A stretch of DNA of 64,000 nt from an uncultured cyanobacterium (GTDB lineage Bacteria; Cyanobacteriota; Cyanobacteriia; PCC-9006; JAAUQQ01), in assembly GCA_963718615.1 (NCBI GenBank), contig OY970368.1, positions 256,001-320,000 on the forward strand, in the 5' to 3' direction. The notes beneath the pieces are model-generated. The model ran no database searches. It worked only from the letters and a program-made list of their open reading frames with translations, and had not been told where the DNA came from. Below are positions 20,326 through 31,285 of this stretch, piece after piece (the stretch's first letter is position 1; the number at the start of each line of letters is the position of its first letter). The position numbers and the translations under genes were made by a program.

Positions 20326-20364
20326 TGGAGCATACTTTGGAGCATACATTGGGCCAATGGGCAC

Positions 20365-21192
20365 CTATACCTTGGAGCGATCGGTCAGAATCTCATACCC
20401 ATCATCCGTCACTAACACCGTATGTTCCCACTGGGCCGAGAGGGCGCGATCGAGCGTCACCACCGTCCACTTATCCCGCAGGGTTTTGGTGTGTTTGGAG
20501 CCTGCATTGAGAATCGGCTCGATCGCCAACGTCATCCCCGCCCGCAGCTTCACATTGGGCATATCCCGCGTCCGGTAGTTAAACACCGAGGGTTCCTCAT
20601 GGAGATTGCGACCTACCCCGTGCCCCGTGTAATCTTCCACAACGCTGAAACCATGGGCTTTGACGTGGTCTTCCACGGCTCCAGCAATATCGAGTAAATA
20701 ATTGCCCGCCTTGACCTGCTCAATGCCTTTAAACAGGGATTCCTCAGCCACCCGAATTAAATCTGCCGCTTCTGGGGTGACCTCACCGACTGCGATCGTA
20801 ATGCAGGAATCTCCATGGAAGCCTTGGTAATAAGCACCGGTATCGACCTTGAGCACATCCCCGGCTCGGATCACCTTGCGCTTGTTGGGAATTCCATGGA
20901 CCACTTCATCGTTAATACTGGAGCAAATCGAGCAGGGGAAGCCTTGGTAACCTTTGAAGCTGGGGGTGGCACCCATGCCGCGAATGCGCTTCTCGGCATA
21001 GGCGTCCAGATCCGCCGTGGTCATGCCCGGTTCCACCATTAAGGAAATTTCCTTCAACACCGTCGCCACGATTTTCGATGCTTCTCGCATGATCTCGATT
21101 TCGCGCTTGGATTTAATTTCCACACCGCGCCGTTGGCGCTGCGCTTGTTGCCCTTTGTTGGGCTGAGCTAAAAGACTACCGAAAATATTCAT
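20365..21192 (-). CDS. map: Type I methionine aminopeptidase
   Basis: [43 protein letters not shown]. Confidence 0.95.
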   Translation of the reverse strand: MNIFGSLLAQPNKGQQAQRQRRGVEIKSKREIEIMREASKIVATVLKEISLMVEPGMTTADLDAYAEKRIRGMGATPSFKGYQGFPCSICSSINDEVVHGIPNKRKVIRAGDVLKVDTGAYYQGFHGDSCITIAVGEVTPEAADLIRVAEESLFKGIEQVKAGNYLLDIAGAVEDHVKAHGFSVVEDYTGHGVGRNLHEEPSVFNYRTRDMPNVKLRAGMTLAIEPILNAGSKHTKTLRDKWTVVTLDRALSAQWEHTVLVTDDGYEILTDRSKV

Positions 21193-21273
21193 GGCGATCG
21201 CGCAGGGCAAGAAAGATGAGGAGCAAGTTAACAATCCGTATCCTAGGCTAACAGAATCTTGAAGCCCCTGGGT

Positions 21274-21759
21274 TTAGCTCCCTTGGATCGTCAGGGTTCC
21301 CACCATACCCGCTTCCGTATGGCCCGGAACCACACAGCGCAGCCCATAGCTCCCAGACCGCACTGGCACAAAGACCCAATCGGCATAGGCCCCTGCTCGC
21401 ACCTCGATTTCATGAATTGCGCCTTTAACCTCGACGCCTCCCGTATCCACCTTTTGACTCCAGATTCCATCCGCAAAATCCTTGGCCGTGAAGTAATGCT
21501 TGCTAGGACTCGAATTCACCAGATGCAGCTGATACCGTTTGCCCGCTTCAAAGGTCAGGGTGTCGGGGAAAAAGCGGAGGGCTCCTGCTTCATTCCCAAG
21601 CTTCATTTCTACGGGGATGAGGGGTTGCTTGGCTAGGTTTTGAGGAGCCGCAAAGGCCTCGGCCCTCGCCCCTAAACCCTCTCCAGCGAGGAATCCCAGC
21701 CATAGAAGACAAATCATCGCCATCAGCAAACGGAGCAGACGGTGCAACCAGGGGTTCAT
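21274..21759 (-). CDS. Secreted cupredoxin (plastocyanin/azurin-like) copper-binding protein
   Basis: Signal peptide; F.PD.L.FEAG, KHYF, CVVPGHTEAGM copper-ligand motif. Confidence 0.85.
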   Translation of the reverse strand: MNPWLHRLLRLLMAMICLLWLGFLAGEGLGARAEAFAAPQNLAKQPLIPVEMKLGNEAGALRFFPDTLTFEAGKRYQLHLVNSSPSKHYFTAKDFADGIWSQKVDTGGVEVKGAIHEIEVRAGAYADWVFVPVRSGSYGLRCVVPGHTEAGMVGTLTIQGS

Positions 21760-21856
21760 CTTAGATACCTCTTAAATACCTTGATTTGCAATAAAAGCTA
21801 GACGCCAGGCAGAAAGGTCGATATGATGGAAAATCGTGAGTTTTTGGCACGGAGTC

Positions 21857-22219
21857 ATGAACGCCCAGGCAATTCTTCGCTCCATTGAATCGGAGCACAT
21901 CAAGTCAGACCTCCCCGACATCTATGTCGGCGATACCGTGCGCGTGGGCGTCCGGATTCGCGAGGGAGAAAAGGAACGAGTCCAGCCCTACGAAGGTATT
22001 GTCATTGCCATGCGCAATGGCGGTATCAGCGAAACGATTACAGTCCGCAAGATTTTCCAAGGCATTGGCGTAGAGCGCGTGTTTCTACTCCATTCTCCCT
22101 TAATTGAGAGCATCAAAATCATTCGTCGCGGTAAAGTGCGTCGGGCGAAATTGTATTATCTACGCGATCGCGTGGGTAAAGCCACCCGCGTCAAGCAGCG
22201 TTTCGATCGCAGCCTCTAG
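21857..22219 (+). CDS. rplS: 50S ribosomal protein L19
   Basis: [32 protein letters not shown]. Confidence 0.97.
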   Translation: MNAQAILRSIESEHIKSDLPDIYVGDTVRVGVRIREGEKERVQPYEGIVIAMRNGGISETITVRKIFQGIGVERVFLLHSPLIESIKIIRRGKVRRAKLYYLRDRVGKATRVKQRFDRSL

Positions 22220-22392
22220 GTTTATGCCTATGGGCGATCGCGATCGCGACGAAAGGGTGCCTTGCTCTGGCACCATTCCGTGTCATAATGGCGAAGAGCG
22301 AATTTTGACCAGAATTCTGTTGCTCCATTAGCCTCCACCCCTAATGCGGCTCGAAACAGGTTATCCTGAGATTGAATTCGATCTTCTCCCTT

Positions 22393-22465
22393 GCGTCCTT
22401 AGTTCAGTTGGTAGAACGTCGGTCTCCAAAACCGGATGTCGGGGGTTCAAGTCCTCCAGGGCGCG
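22393..22465 (+). tRNA. trnW: tRNA-Trp(CCA)
   Basis: GCGTCCTTAGTTCAGTTGGTAGAACG...CTCCAAA...GTTCAAGTCC...AGGGCGCG. Confidence 0.95.
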
Positions 22466-22522
22466 TTGTGACAGGGGCAAAGGCAACTCAAAACAGTTGA
22501 CACAAAAAGTTGAAACAACGTG

Positions 22523-22551
22523 TTGACAAATGAGTTTCTCCTCTGCACAAT
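22523..22551 (+). promoter_or_regulatory. Candidate sigma70-type promoter for trnD
   Basis: TTGACA - 17 nt - CACAAT upstream of tRNA-Asp. Confidence 0.45.
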
Positions 22552-22615
22552 GGTAAAGCTGGTAAATGCAAAGGCCAGCGACCACATGCCGAAAGGTAGT
22601 GCCGAAAGGCAGTCT

Positions 22616-22689
22616 GGGACTGTAGTTCAACCGGTTAGAGCACCGCCCTGTCACGGCGGAAGTTGCGGGTTCGAATCCCGTCAGTCCCG
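22616..22689 (+). tRNA. trnD: tRNA-Asp(GTC)
   Basis: GGGACTGTAGTTCAACCGGTTAGAGCACCGCCCTGTCACGGCGG...GTTCGAATCCCGTCAGTCCCG. Confidence 0.96.
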
Positions 22690-22720
22690 TTAATCAGACC
22701 GATAGAAACCCGATAAATCT

Positions 22721-22755
22721 AAAGGGCGAAACGAGTTAATCCGTTTCGCTTTTTA
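22721..22755 (+). terminator. Intrinsic terminator after trnD
   Basis: gcgaaacg...cgtttcgc hairpin followed by a T run. Confidence 0.65.
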
Positions 22756-22836
22756 CTGTGTAGGATGAATCCCTGGTCCCTGTATGGGTCCCTTATTCTC
22801 CATTCGTTACTCCCTTATCCTTTACACCCTTTCACC

Positions 22837-24288
22837 ATGTCTGTCCGCGTTCGCATCGCCCCCAGCCCCACCGGCAACCTACACATCGGCACCGCTCGTA
22901 CTGCGGTCTTCAACTGGCTGTTCGCGCGGAACCAGGGAGGCACGTTTATTCTGCGCATCGAAGATACAGACCAGGAGCGATCGCGCCCGGAATACACGGA
23001 AAATATCATGACCGGCCTCCAATGGCTGGGGCTGGACTGGGATGAGGGTCCGTTCTACCAAACCCAGCGCCTAGACCTCTATGGTGAGGCGATTAAAATT
23101 CTGCTGGATAAAGGCTTGGCTTACCCCTGCTATTGCAGCGAGCAGGAGCTAGAGGCTATGCGCGAAGGTCAAAAGGCCCGCAAGGAAGCGCCTCGCTATG
23201 ACAATCGTCACCGGAATTTGACCCCAGAGCAACAGGCCGCGTTTGAAGCGGAAGGTCGGGAGCCAGTGATTCGGTTCAAAATCGAGGACGATCGCGTCAT
23301 TCAGTGGGACGACATGGTTCGGGGCACCGTTACCTGGAAGGGCAGCGACCTAGGGGGCGATATGGTGATTGCCCGTCGGGCTCCCGCTGGCACCATTGGC
23401 CAACCGCTCTACAACTTTGTCGTGGTCGTGGATGATGCGGATATGGCGATTACCCATGTAATTCGTGGCGAGGACCACATTGCCAACACCGGCAAGCAAA
23501 TTTTGCTCTACGAAGCCCTGGGCAAGCCTGTGCCCCAGTTCGCCCACACGCCGCTGATCCTGAATTCAGAAGGCCGCAAGCTGTCCAAGCGCGATGGTGT
23601 CACCTCCGTCGCCGACTTCCAGGCTATGGGCTATAGCGCCGAGGCCCTGGCCAACTACATGGGGCTGCTGGGCTGGTCGCCGCCGGAACCCATGACTGAG
23701 CGGTTTACCCTAGCAGAAGCCGCCCAAGCCTTTAGCTTCGATCGCGTCAATAAGGCCGGAGCCAAGTTCGACTGGGATAAGCTCAACTGGCTCAACAGCC
23801 AAGTCCTCCACGCCATTCCGCCGGAAACGCTGGTGGATCAGCTTTTGCCCCTGTGGCAGGCAGCGGGGTATGCGTTCGATGGAGAGGGCGATCGCCCCTG
23901 GCTCACGGAACTGGCTACTCTGATCGGTCCCAGCCTAGTCAAGCTCAACGACGCCGTCGAACAGGTCAGTCTGATCGCCACTGAAACCGTCGAGATTCAA
24001 CCCGATGCAGCAGCATTGCTCCAGCAGGACACCGGCGCTGGAATCGTCCAGGGCTTTCTTGCAGGGCTGGCTGACGCCGCTGCATTCACACCGGATACGG
24101 CCAAAGCCCTGATTGACCAAGTGACCAAAGCCCAAGGGGTCAAAAAAGGCGTGACCATGCGGACGCTACGGGCGGCGCTCACCGGGGCACTCCAAGGGCC
24201 AGACCTGATGCAGGCTTGGATGCTGCTCAATCAGAAAGGCTGGGACAAAACCCGCCTAGAGAAGGCGCTTACCGCTGCCCAAGGTTAG
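22837..24288 (+). CDS. gltX: Glutamate--tRNA ligase
   Basis: [33 protein letters not shown]. Confidence 0.96.
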   Translation: MSVRVRIAPSPTGNLHIGTARTAVFNWLFARNQGGTFILRIEDTDQERSRPEYTENIMTGLQWLGLDWDEGPFYQTQRLDLYGEAIKILLDKGLAYPCYCSEQELEAMREGQKARKEAPRYDNRHRNLTPEQQAAFEAEGREPVIRFKIEDDRVIQWDDMVRGTVTWKGSDLGGDMVIARRAPAGTIGQPLYNFVVVVDDADMAITHVIRGEDHIANTGKQILLYEALGKPVPQFAHTPLILNSEGRKLSKRDGVTSVADFQAMGYSAEALANYMGLLGWSPPEPMTERFTLAEAAQAFSFDRVNKAGAKFDWDKLNWLNSQVLHAIPPETLVDQLLPLWQAAGYAFDGEGDRPWLTELATLIGPSLVKLNDAVEQVSLIATETVEIQPDAAALLQQDTGAGIVQGFLAGLADAAAFTPDTAKALIDQVTKAQGVKKGVTMRTLRAALTGALQGPDLMQAWMLLNQKGWDKTRLEKALTAAQG

Positions 24289-24325
24289 GATATCCAGGAA
24301 TTCTCAAAGGAGTGAGGTCAAAACC

Positions 24326-24844
24326 ATGAGGCGGCATCGGATTCAAACCTGGGTGGGACAGATCGGCTTGGCCCTTGGCTCCTGGGGCGTTGCATTCGGG
24401 CTGGCGATCGCCCCCAACCCGGCCCCAGGACTAGCCCAAATCGCCACGGCTCCCCCCATGTTCACGGACCTGAGCCTCAGTCCTCGGTTTATTCCCGATC
24501 CGACCCGATTGCGCGGTCTCAGCGGGGGCGAGGTGTATACGGAGGCGATCGCCGGTCGCCTCCAAACGGAAACTGGCTCCTGCGTCGGCTTCGTCAACGA
24601 AAAGCCCGACCACGAACTCGTCCTCACCGACTTTTTCAACTACCTCAATGTCCAGGTGCTCAGCCCCGGCGATACCGTCCTGCTGGTGCGAGGAGCTGGA
24701 GGAACCTGGTGTAGTGACGAGCGCACCGAGGCTGGTCCCGGCATTGCGGGCCAATGGCTCCCCGGTCGTTACCAGATCTGGGTGGGCTCCATCGAAAACG
24801 GTCAGTATGTCCCCTATCAGCTTCAGTTCAGCGAAACCCGTTAG
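24326..24844 (+). CDS. Secreted hypothetical protein (PPC-like beta-sandwich)
   Basis: Signal peptide; G.SGG, C.GF...PDH, DTVLLVRG, WC.D, GRYQIWVG. Confidence 0.7.
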   Translation: MRRHRIQTWVGQIGLALGSWGVAFGLAIAPNPAPGLAQIATAPPMFTDLSLSPRFIPDPTRLRGLSGGEVYTEAIAGRLQTETGSCVGFVNEKPDHELVLTDFFNYLNVQVLSPGDTVLLVRGAGGTWCSDERTEAGPGIAGQWLPGRYQIWVGSIENGQYVPYQLQFSETR

Positions 24845-25004
24845 GGGGGTCTATAATCGAGCGAAAATCTTGCAAACTATCCGGAAGACCGCCTATAGTC
24901 TCCGCAAGATGGGCCAAGGTCGTAATGAATTGAACATAAATCGAACAGTACCCTGAGCCTTTGCGTCGATCTCGCTTACCGTTTACCTCCCCCTCGTTTC
25001 CCCT

Positions 25005-26966
25005 ATGCGATCGCCAGCTTTGGGCACCACCACCCTCACCATGCCCGCCGCTTCTGCGAATCCCTGCTCTCGCTTGGGGGATTACTTGAGGACGGCCTGG
25101 GAAAACCGAGGAGAATTGGCCTTGACCCTAGACTGTGCTCCTCGCGGCGAGGATTTGGTGGTGCTGGTGGAACACCCACTAACGGTACAACCCCATGTGG
25201 TGAATACCTTTGCGGCGATTCAGCAGATTTTGGAGACCGCCCCGCTAGAGCTCTGGCAAGACTGGCTCGGCAGCGTTTTGCCTGTAGCGTCTCTGACGGT
25301 GCATTATTTCATGCGGGTTTTGCAGCAGCCCCAGTATTACGCGGACCAGCGGGAAACGCTTGCGCTTCCTGCGGTAGCCCCTGAATCCTTAAACCCATCA
25401 ACCCCCTTAAAACTAAGCACCACCAGCTCGGCGTTGGCCAAGATCGAGCCATCCCTGGAGGTGGATGAAGAGGAGGAAGTCCTCCTGGACCCTGAAATTG
25501 CCGCTGCCTTTATGCCTGAGGTCGTGTGGCAACCGGGACCGCCGCCGCCCCATCCCTTGGATGCAGAGCTAGCCCTAGAAGATGCTGATTTTGCCTTTGG
25601 CCCGAGCCAAGAACTGGAGGCAGCTTATCTGGAGGAAGACGAAGAAGATCCAGAGGATTTGCCGGAGCGGGACCCCCTGGTGATTCCTCGCTCGGTTTGG
25701 GTCGCGGGATTGGGTCTTTGTCTCCTGGCCTTTGTGGGGAGTTTTTACATTACCTCGCGGCCCTGCTGGTTGCGAAACTGTACGCCGCTGACGCTGGCTG
25801 TCCAGACTGGACAAGAGGCCAACAGCAAAATTCAGGTGGCCAGCACCTGGCAGGATCTTGAACAGGCTAAAGGGGAATTGGACCTGGCCCTCAAACACCT
25901 GCGGGAGGTGCCAGGCTGGTCCTCCTATGGGGAACAGGCCCAGGGACTGCGGACGGGGTATCGCAAGCTATTGCAGTCGCTAACGCCGGTTCAAGACGCC
26001 CTCAAGCAAGCAGAAACCGCCCAGCAAAAAAGTCAGGGGAATCCGCTTGCGGAAAAACAATGGCGGGAGGTCTTGGCCCATTGGGAAGCGGCGATCGCCC
26101 AGCTCAAAGGCGTGTCTCCCCAAAGCCCGCTCTATGCCCTGGCTCAGGATAAGTTGGCCCAGTACGAAGCCCAACGCATTACGGTGCAAACTCGGCTGGA
26201 GAATGAAGCCAGTGGCCAGCAGCTCCTGGACGAAGCCCGCAAGTTTGCCAGCGCTGCGCCGACGCTCAAGGATGATCTGAGCCAGCTAGAATTTTTGCGC
26301 CAAACCCAGAGCGCTCTGCAAGATGCCATGTTTACGCTGCGGAAAATACCTAAGGGAACAACGGCCTATCAGGAAGCGGTGCGGTTGCTATCGCGCTACG
26401 AGGCGGAGCTGTCGATGAATGCAGGGCAGCAGTCGAAGGAAGAATTTATCGTCAATCGCTATCAGGAAGCGCTCTCCCGCGCGGAGTCTGCCAAGGTGGC
26501 TGAATCCCAGGACCGCTGGGCCGACGCAACCGAGGCTTGGCAGCAGGCGCTAGCCAGTCTGCAACAGATTCCCTCGGCTTCGGCCTACTTTGCCCAAGCC
26601 CAGGAGCTCATTTCCAAATACGACTATGCCCTCAGCCAAGCCGAGCAAAAAGCCAATCAGGCAGCGGCATTGGATGATGTCAAGCGCAAAGTCGATAGCA
26701 TTTGTGCGGGCACGCCCCAGGTCTGTACCTACGACATTTCTCCGCAATTGATTTCGGTGCAGCTCACGCTGGAGTACGAGCGAGCGGTGTTGACCGCTGG
26801 CACCCTTGGGGATGACCAAAGTCGATTAGGAGCGCTCAACCACGTTAAGGCGCTGGAAAACTCCCTCGAACAGGCCAGCAACGCCGCCCAAATTCCCCTG
26901 GAACTTTATGACCCTGATGGGGTTTTGGTGGGGGTGCATCAGCCTCGGAGTGATGGCTCGATCTGA
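25005..26966 (+). CDS. Membrane-anchored helical-repeat hypothetical protein
   Basis: 653-aa ORF; acidic linker, one TM helix followed by RPCWLRNC, TPR-like helices (W..AI..L..IP..S..Y..AQ). Confidence 0.75.
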   Translation: MRSPALGTTTLTMPAASANPCSRLGDYLRTAWENRGELALTLDCAPRGEDLVVLVEHPLTVQPHVVNTFAAIQQILETAPLELWQDWLGSVLPVASLTVHYFMRVLQQPQYYADQRETLALPAVAPESLNPSTPLKLSTTSSALAKIEPSLEVDEEEEVLLDPEIAAAFMPEVVWQPGPPPPHPLDAELALEDADFAFGPSQELEAAYLEEDEEDPEDLPERDPLVIPRSVWVAGLGLCLLAFVGSFYITSRPCWLRNCTPLTLAVQTGQEANSKIQVASTWQDLEQAKGELDLALKHLREVPGWSSYGEQAQGLRTGYRKLLQSLTPVQDALKQAETAQQKSQGNPLAEKQWREVLAHWEAAIAQLKGVSPQSPLYALAQDKLAQYEAQRITVQTRLENEASGQQLLDEARKFASAAPTLKDDLSQLEFLRQTQSALQDAMFTLRKIPKGTTAYQEAVRLLSRYEAELSMNAGQQSKEEFIVNRYQEALSRAESAKVAESQDRWADATEAWQQALASLQQIPSASAYFAQAQELISKYDYALSQAEQKANQAAALDDVKRKVDSICAGTPQVCTYDISPQLISVQLTLEYERAVLTAGTLGDDQSRLGALNHVKALENSLEQASNAAQIPLELYDPDGVLVGVHQPRSDGSI

Positions 26967-27985
26967 TGGGCGGATCAACCAGGGGTCGCTCGACGGACTG
27001 GGGACCTCTCCAGGCACGGCTGCACCAGCGGCTGCGTAGGACGACATCTGCTGCCATCGGCTCCCCGGCCCTACTTTCTCCGGGTCAGGCGCTTCTGGTT
27101 GCGGTCTCCGGCGGTCAAGATTCCCTTTGCTTGGCCCGGTTGCTCCTGGATCTTCAGCCCCACTGGCGTTGGCGATTGGCGATCGCCCACTGCAACCACC
27201 GCTGGCGCACCGACGCCGACGCCAACGCGGCCCATGTGGCCCATCTCGCCGAAGTTTGGCAACTCCCCTATTTTGAAAGAATTGCCGTAGACCCCCCTGG
27301 CAGTGAAGCCGCCGCTCGAACTTGGCGGTATCAAGTGTTGGGTGAATTAGCCCAGTCCGAAGGTTTTGAGGCTGTGGTGACCGGACATACGGCGAGCGAT
27401 CGCGCTGAGACCCTTCTCCATAACCTCATCCGGGGCAGTGGGGCCGATGGCCTGGGGTCGCTTCCCTGGCAGCGGCCCTTGGCACCGGGAATTCGCCTGG
27501 TACGACCGCTCCTGGACCTGACTCGCCAGGAGACTGCGGCCTTTTGTCAGGCGGCCAACCTGCCCGTCTGGGAAGATTCCACCAACCAGGCCTTGCAATA
27601 CCGCCGCAATCGTTTGCGCCTAGCGGTGTTGCCCTATTTGCGAAAGCACTTTAATCCTCGGGTCGACGAGCACCTAGCCCAAACCGCTGAGCTCCTCCAG
27701 GCAGATGTCGCCTATTTAGAACAGCAGGCCACGCAGCTGCGACAGGAAACCGAGACCGAGCAAGGGCTTAACCGCCGCCTTCTAGCCCAGGCTCCTTTAG
27801 CGCTCCAGCGGCGGGTGGTGCGGCAGGTGTTGGGGCAGCATTTGGGGCGATCGCCCAACTATGCCCAAATCGAAAAGGTCGTGGCGTTGCTTACGGCTCC
27901 CAACCACAGTCAAACCGACCCGTTTCCAGGGGGAGCGATCGCCGTTGTCCAGGGAGATTGGGTGGTTTTCCAATCGAAACGATAA
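26966..27985 (+). CDS. tilS: tRNA(Ile)-lysidine synthase
   Basis: AVSGGQDS, HCNHRWR, SEAAAR..RY, TGHTASDRAET, VRPLL, D.TN...YRRNRLR. Confidence 0.94.
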   Translation: MGGSTRGRSTDWGPLQARLHQRLRRTTSAAIGSPALLSPGQALLVAVSGGQDSLCLARLLLDLQPHWRWRLAIAHCNHRWRTDADANAAHVAHLAEVWQLPYFERIAVDPPGSEAAARTWRYQVLGELAQSEGFEAVVTGHTASDRAETLLHNLIRGSGADGLGSLPWQRPLAPGIRLVRPLLDLTRQETAAFCQAANLPVWEDSTNQALQYRRNRLRLAVLPYLRKHFNPRVDEHLAQTAELLQADVAYLEQQATQLRQETETEQGLNRRLLAQAPLALQRRVVRQVLGQHLGRSPNYAQIEKVVALLTAPNHSQTDPFPGGAIAVVQGDWVVFQSKR

Positions 27986-28000
27986 CCCCCAGGATGGACG

Positions 28001-28999
28001 TTAGGCCATTTCTTGGACGAAGGGAAAGGCGATCGCCTGGGCTTGACGACGCTGGCGCAAGCGCTCAACTAGGGGCCGTTGCCAAGGCTGGGGGAGCAGG
28101 CTCAATCCTAAACCGGCGATCGCCTTCCACCAGCAATCCTGTCGCCCCTGCCAAATCAGTTGACGACCGAGGGGGCGATCGCCCTGTTCGACCAATCTAA
28201 ACCCCAGGCTGAGCCAAGTCTGGGCCAGTCGCGCCCGCCGCAGTTGCTCCAGGGAGCGCTGGGGAAAGCGAAAACTGTCCAGATAGGTGGCCTTATCCTT
28301 GAGATATTGCAACCGGCGTTGTAGTCCTGTTTGAGATTTATGAAACCGATATTCCATCAGTCTGGCGCTGAGGAAATAGGCCCGCTTATGGGCCAGGGCT
28401 AACCGGACTAACAGCTCGTTATCGCCACAGTGCCGCAGATCTGCCCGCAGATAGTCCGCTTCGACCAAAACCTGACGCCGAAACAGGGAGGCACCCAGTT
28501 GCAAACTCTGATAGACAAATGTTTCCGTCAGCACATCCCCTAATGGACCATCGTTGAGGCGGGTGCGGCCCCAACGTTCAGCATTCTCCTCGGTCACTGC
28601 CAAGTCCCGGCGACCCGCTGCATCAATCACCCAATGTCCGGTCGAAACCCAGTCGATTTCGGGATGGGCTTCCAGAATCGTCACGGTGCGTTCGAGGCAA
28701 TCGGGAACCAGGCGATCGTCATCATGAAGCTGCATAAAATACTCGCCCTGGGCCATCGCAAATCCGGCTCGCAGGGTGGGGCTAGGACCCAGCGTCGTCT
28801 GCTGGCGCAGGATACGGATGCGAGGGTCCGTCTGGGTTGCCAGAAATTCAGCCGTGCCATCGTCAGAGCCGTCATCGCAGATAATCAGTTCAAAATCGGC
28901 CAATGTTTGATTGAGAACGCTGGCGATCGCCTGGCTCAAATAGGGTTTGCGATTAAAGGTTGGAATACAAATACTTACTTTAGGACGAGCCTGGGCCAT
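28001..28999 (-). CDS. Glycosyltransferase family 2
   Basis: VSICIPTFNR, SVLNQT, ICDDGSDDGT, LHDDD. Confidence 0.9.
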   Translation of the reverse strand: MAQARPKVSICIPTFNRKPYLSQAIASVLNQTLADFELIICDDGSDDGTAEFLATQTDPRIRILRQQTTLGPSPTLRAGFAMAQGEYFMQLHDDDRLVPDCLERTVTILEAHPEIDWVSTGHWVIDAAGRRDLAVTEENAERWGRTRLNDGPLGDVLTETFVYQSLQLGASLFRRQVLVEADYLRADLRHCGDNELLVRLALAHKRAYFLSARLMEYRFHKSQTGLQRRLQYLKDKATYLDSFRFPQRSLEQLRRARLAQTWLSLGFRLVEQGDRPLGRQLIWQGRQDCWWKAIAGLGLSLLPQPWQRPLVERLRQRRQAQAIAFPFVQEMA

Positions 29000-29163
29000 G
29001 GTTTTGGAGTGCCTTACAAGAGCAATCGGATTGTTTGACTCAGATTGCCCTAGGGAAATCCCTAGGTGAAGGACCCAGGCCACTGCTGCTCAAGAGTTTA
29101 AGCAAGGCTGCGATACCGCCAAAAGGTCATAAAGGCTCGGGAATTGGGCGATCGCGGCTTGTT

Positions 29164-29385
29164 TTAGAACAGACCCACCCCATGGCGATAAATGACGGGT
29201 AATTCTGTCCCCGTAGCTTCTTCCAGCAGATGAATACTCAAGGGTTGAATTTTGTAGGCCGAGCGAATTTGCCCTCGGTAGTCGGGCAAGGCACCACAGT
29301 CCCGTGGATTATCACAGCGGGTCCGCACGGGAAACAGGACGGCAAAGAGTAAAAAGGCGATCGCGGTATAGCGAGACAGAAACAT
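29164..29385 (-). CDS. Small hypothetical exported protein (two Cys)
   Basis: 73 aa from ATG 29385; hydrophobic N-terminus, then RTRCDNPRDCGALPD. Confidence 0.4.
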   Translation of the reverse strand: MFLSRYTAIAFLLFAVLFPVRTRCDNPRDCGALPDYRGQIRSAYKIQPLSIHLLEEATGTELPVIYRHGVGLF

Positions 29386-29703
29386 CTCAGAAATCCTCGC
29401 GGGAAGTATATGCAGCCTAGCAACCCTTGGCTCCAGACGCCAAGTCGGTCTTAGCATTGTTCTTCGCTATAGCTGTCTAGAATTAGCTAGGATTGGCGCT
29501 TGTTAACGCTTCAGTGACCCATGCAGTCACCGATAAGTTACCGATAAGTCACATAGAGCCCTGATGGATTTCTCATTTTTTTGCTTTTCTTGCAAATTAT
29601 TGCTGAATTTGGGCATTATCGAAAATGCCTTGGAAAAGCTGATACACATTGCCATCACACGATTGCCATCACACAGATGTCTATGACACAGGGAGATCAA
29701 CAC

Positions 29704-30732
29704 ATGGGGACAGGGACAACTCATCGGCCATATCCGAGTTTTTCCGTTGTCTTAGAAACTGAAAATTTAGCCCAGGCGGATTTGGCGGGGCTGAGCCAGT
29801 CACTGGCCTGTTTGACAGCGCAGGAGCCCTCGCCCCAACAGGCCCAGGAAGTTTTGCTCATTGACAGTGGTGATACGCCTGCTGAATTGCTAGAGCAACT
29901 TTGTCGGCATTATCCCTGGCTTCAAGTCTTACCGGTGCCAACTGGTGTGAATTATTACCAGGCAAAAATGCTTGGAGCGGAGGCTGCCACGGGAGATATC
30001 GTGGTCTATTACGACTCGGATTGCCTCTATGAGCCCCATTGGCTTGGAACGATGTTGGAGAGCTTTGGGCAAGATCCAGAGGTTCAGGTTGTGGCTGGGG
30101 AAACGCGCACGCGGGGAATGGGGCTCTATGGGACGGCGATGGCGATCGCCTATATTTTCCCTCAATATTCAGGTCAGACCACGCTCCAGTCCAGCGATCA
30201 GTATTTCCTCAACAATGTGGCCTTTCGTCGGGAGTTTCTGCTGGCCCACCCCATTCCTACGGATCTGCCGCTGTATCGGGGCAATTGTGTTGTCCATGCA
30301 CGACAGCTCATCACCCAGGGCTATCCGATTTGGCGACAGCCCCAGGCCCGCGCCACCCATGCCCCCCCGAATGGGTTGACTCACTTTTTCTGGCGATTTC
30401 TGTTGATTGGCTACGACTATTATTGGCAAAAGCGTTTGCTGGATCGGTTGGTGCGTCCACTGCGGACCGAGGCTTCAACCGGACCTGCAAGGGCTTCTGT
30501 TCAAAACCAGGAATCGGCGAGTCCCACGGAAGGTTGGGCGGAGAAGTGGGGGATTTTTCGCGATCGCCTCCAAAAGCTGATCGCCACCGACTGGCGACAT
30601 GCCATTTTCCTGCCGCTTTCGATCCCGGTGATCCTGGTGTCGGCACTGCTGATTTCCTTTGGCTATTGGATCACGGCTCGGCGACCCAGTTATTTAGTGG
30701 ATTTGTATGAGAAGTGGGCGATCGAGACTTGA
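29704..30732 (+). CDS. Glycosyltransferase family 2 (GT-A fold)
   Basis: FSVVLETEN, EVLLIDSG, GDIVVYYDSDC; C-terminal TM helix; GGAG before ATG 29704. Confidence 0.85.
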   Translation: MGTGTTHRPYPSFSVVLETENLAQADLAGLSQSLACLTAQEPSPQQAQEVLLIDSGDTPAELLEQLCRHYPWLQVLPVPTGVNYYQAKMLGAEAATGDIVVYYDSDCLYEPHWLGTMLESFGQDPEVQVVAGETRTRGMGLYGTAMAIAYIFPQYSGQTTLQSSDQYFLNNVAFRREFLLAHPIPTDLPLYRGNCVVHARQLITQGYPIWRQPQARATHAPPNGLTHFFWRFLLIGYDYYWQKRLLDRLVRPLRTEASTGPARASVQNQESASPTEGWAEKWGIFRDRLQKLIATDWRHAIFLPLSIPVILVSALLISFGYWITARRPSYLVDLYEKWAIET

Positions 30733-30853
30733 GGGAAAATTGATAAAAGCAAGCACTGCTCCCGCGCGAGGTCTGCGGCTTGGTAGCCAATGCCGAGATT
30801 GCCTGCATGCAGGAGGGTATCGAAGCCTCGAAGAATCATGAGTTGCTGATACT

Positions 30854-31285
30854 TCAAGACTTCAGTAAGGCAAGGCTGGCTGCAACCTCTTTCGCTTTCT
30901 CTTCAATCACGGCGATCAGCTCTTCTGGAGTACGGGTGTCTTCCTCGACTTTTTTGTTGGGGTTGACAGCTTTGAGATCGTAGTTTTTGGCTTCGATTGC
31001 GTCGCGGGTGACGGTCCAGGCGCGATCGCTATCAGCGCGGGTGGGCAGGAGTTTGAAGAAGTCGGCGAAATGGTCGAGGGTGAGGGGACTTTTTTTGGCG
31101 ACTTTGAGATCGGAGAGGTCGTAATACCAAATGCGCTCGGTGGATTTGCCTTTGGTGAAGAAAACGAGGTTAGTTTTTACGCCAGCACCGGCGCTGGTGA
31201 AGACGCCACCGGGGAGGCTGACGATGCACCACACATCGGCTTCGTCGAGGAGCTTGCGTTTGGTTTGGACAAAGGCTTTTTCATT
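30854..31285 (-). pseudogene. hsdM: Type I R-M methyltransferase HsdM, C-terminal remnant
   Basis: EKAFVQTKRKLLDE..VWCIVSLPGGVF..AGAGVKTNLVFF, IWYYDL, YDLKAVNP; N-terminal part absent. Confidence 0.8.
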
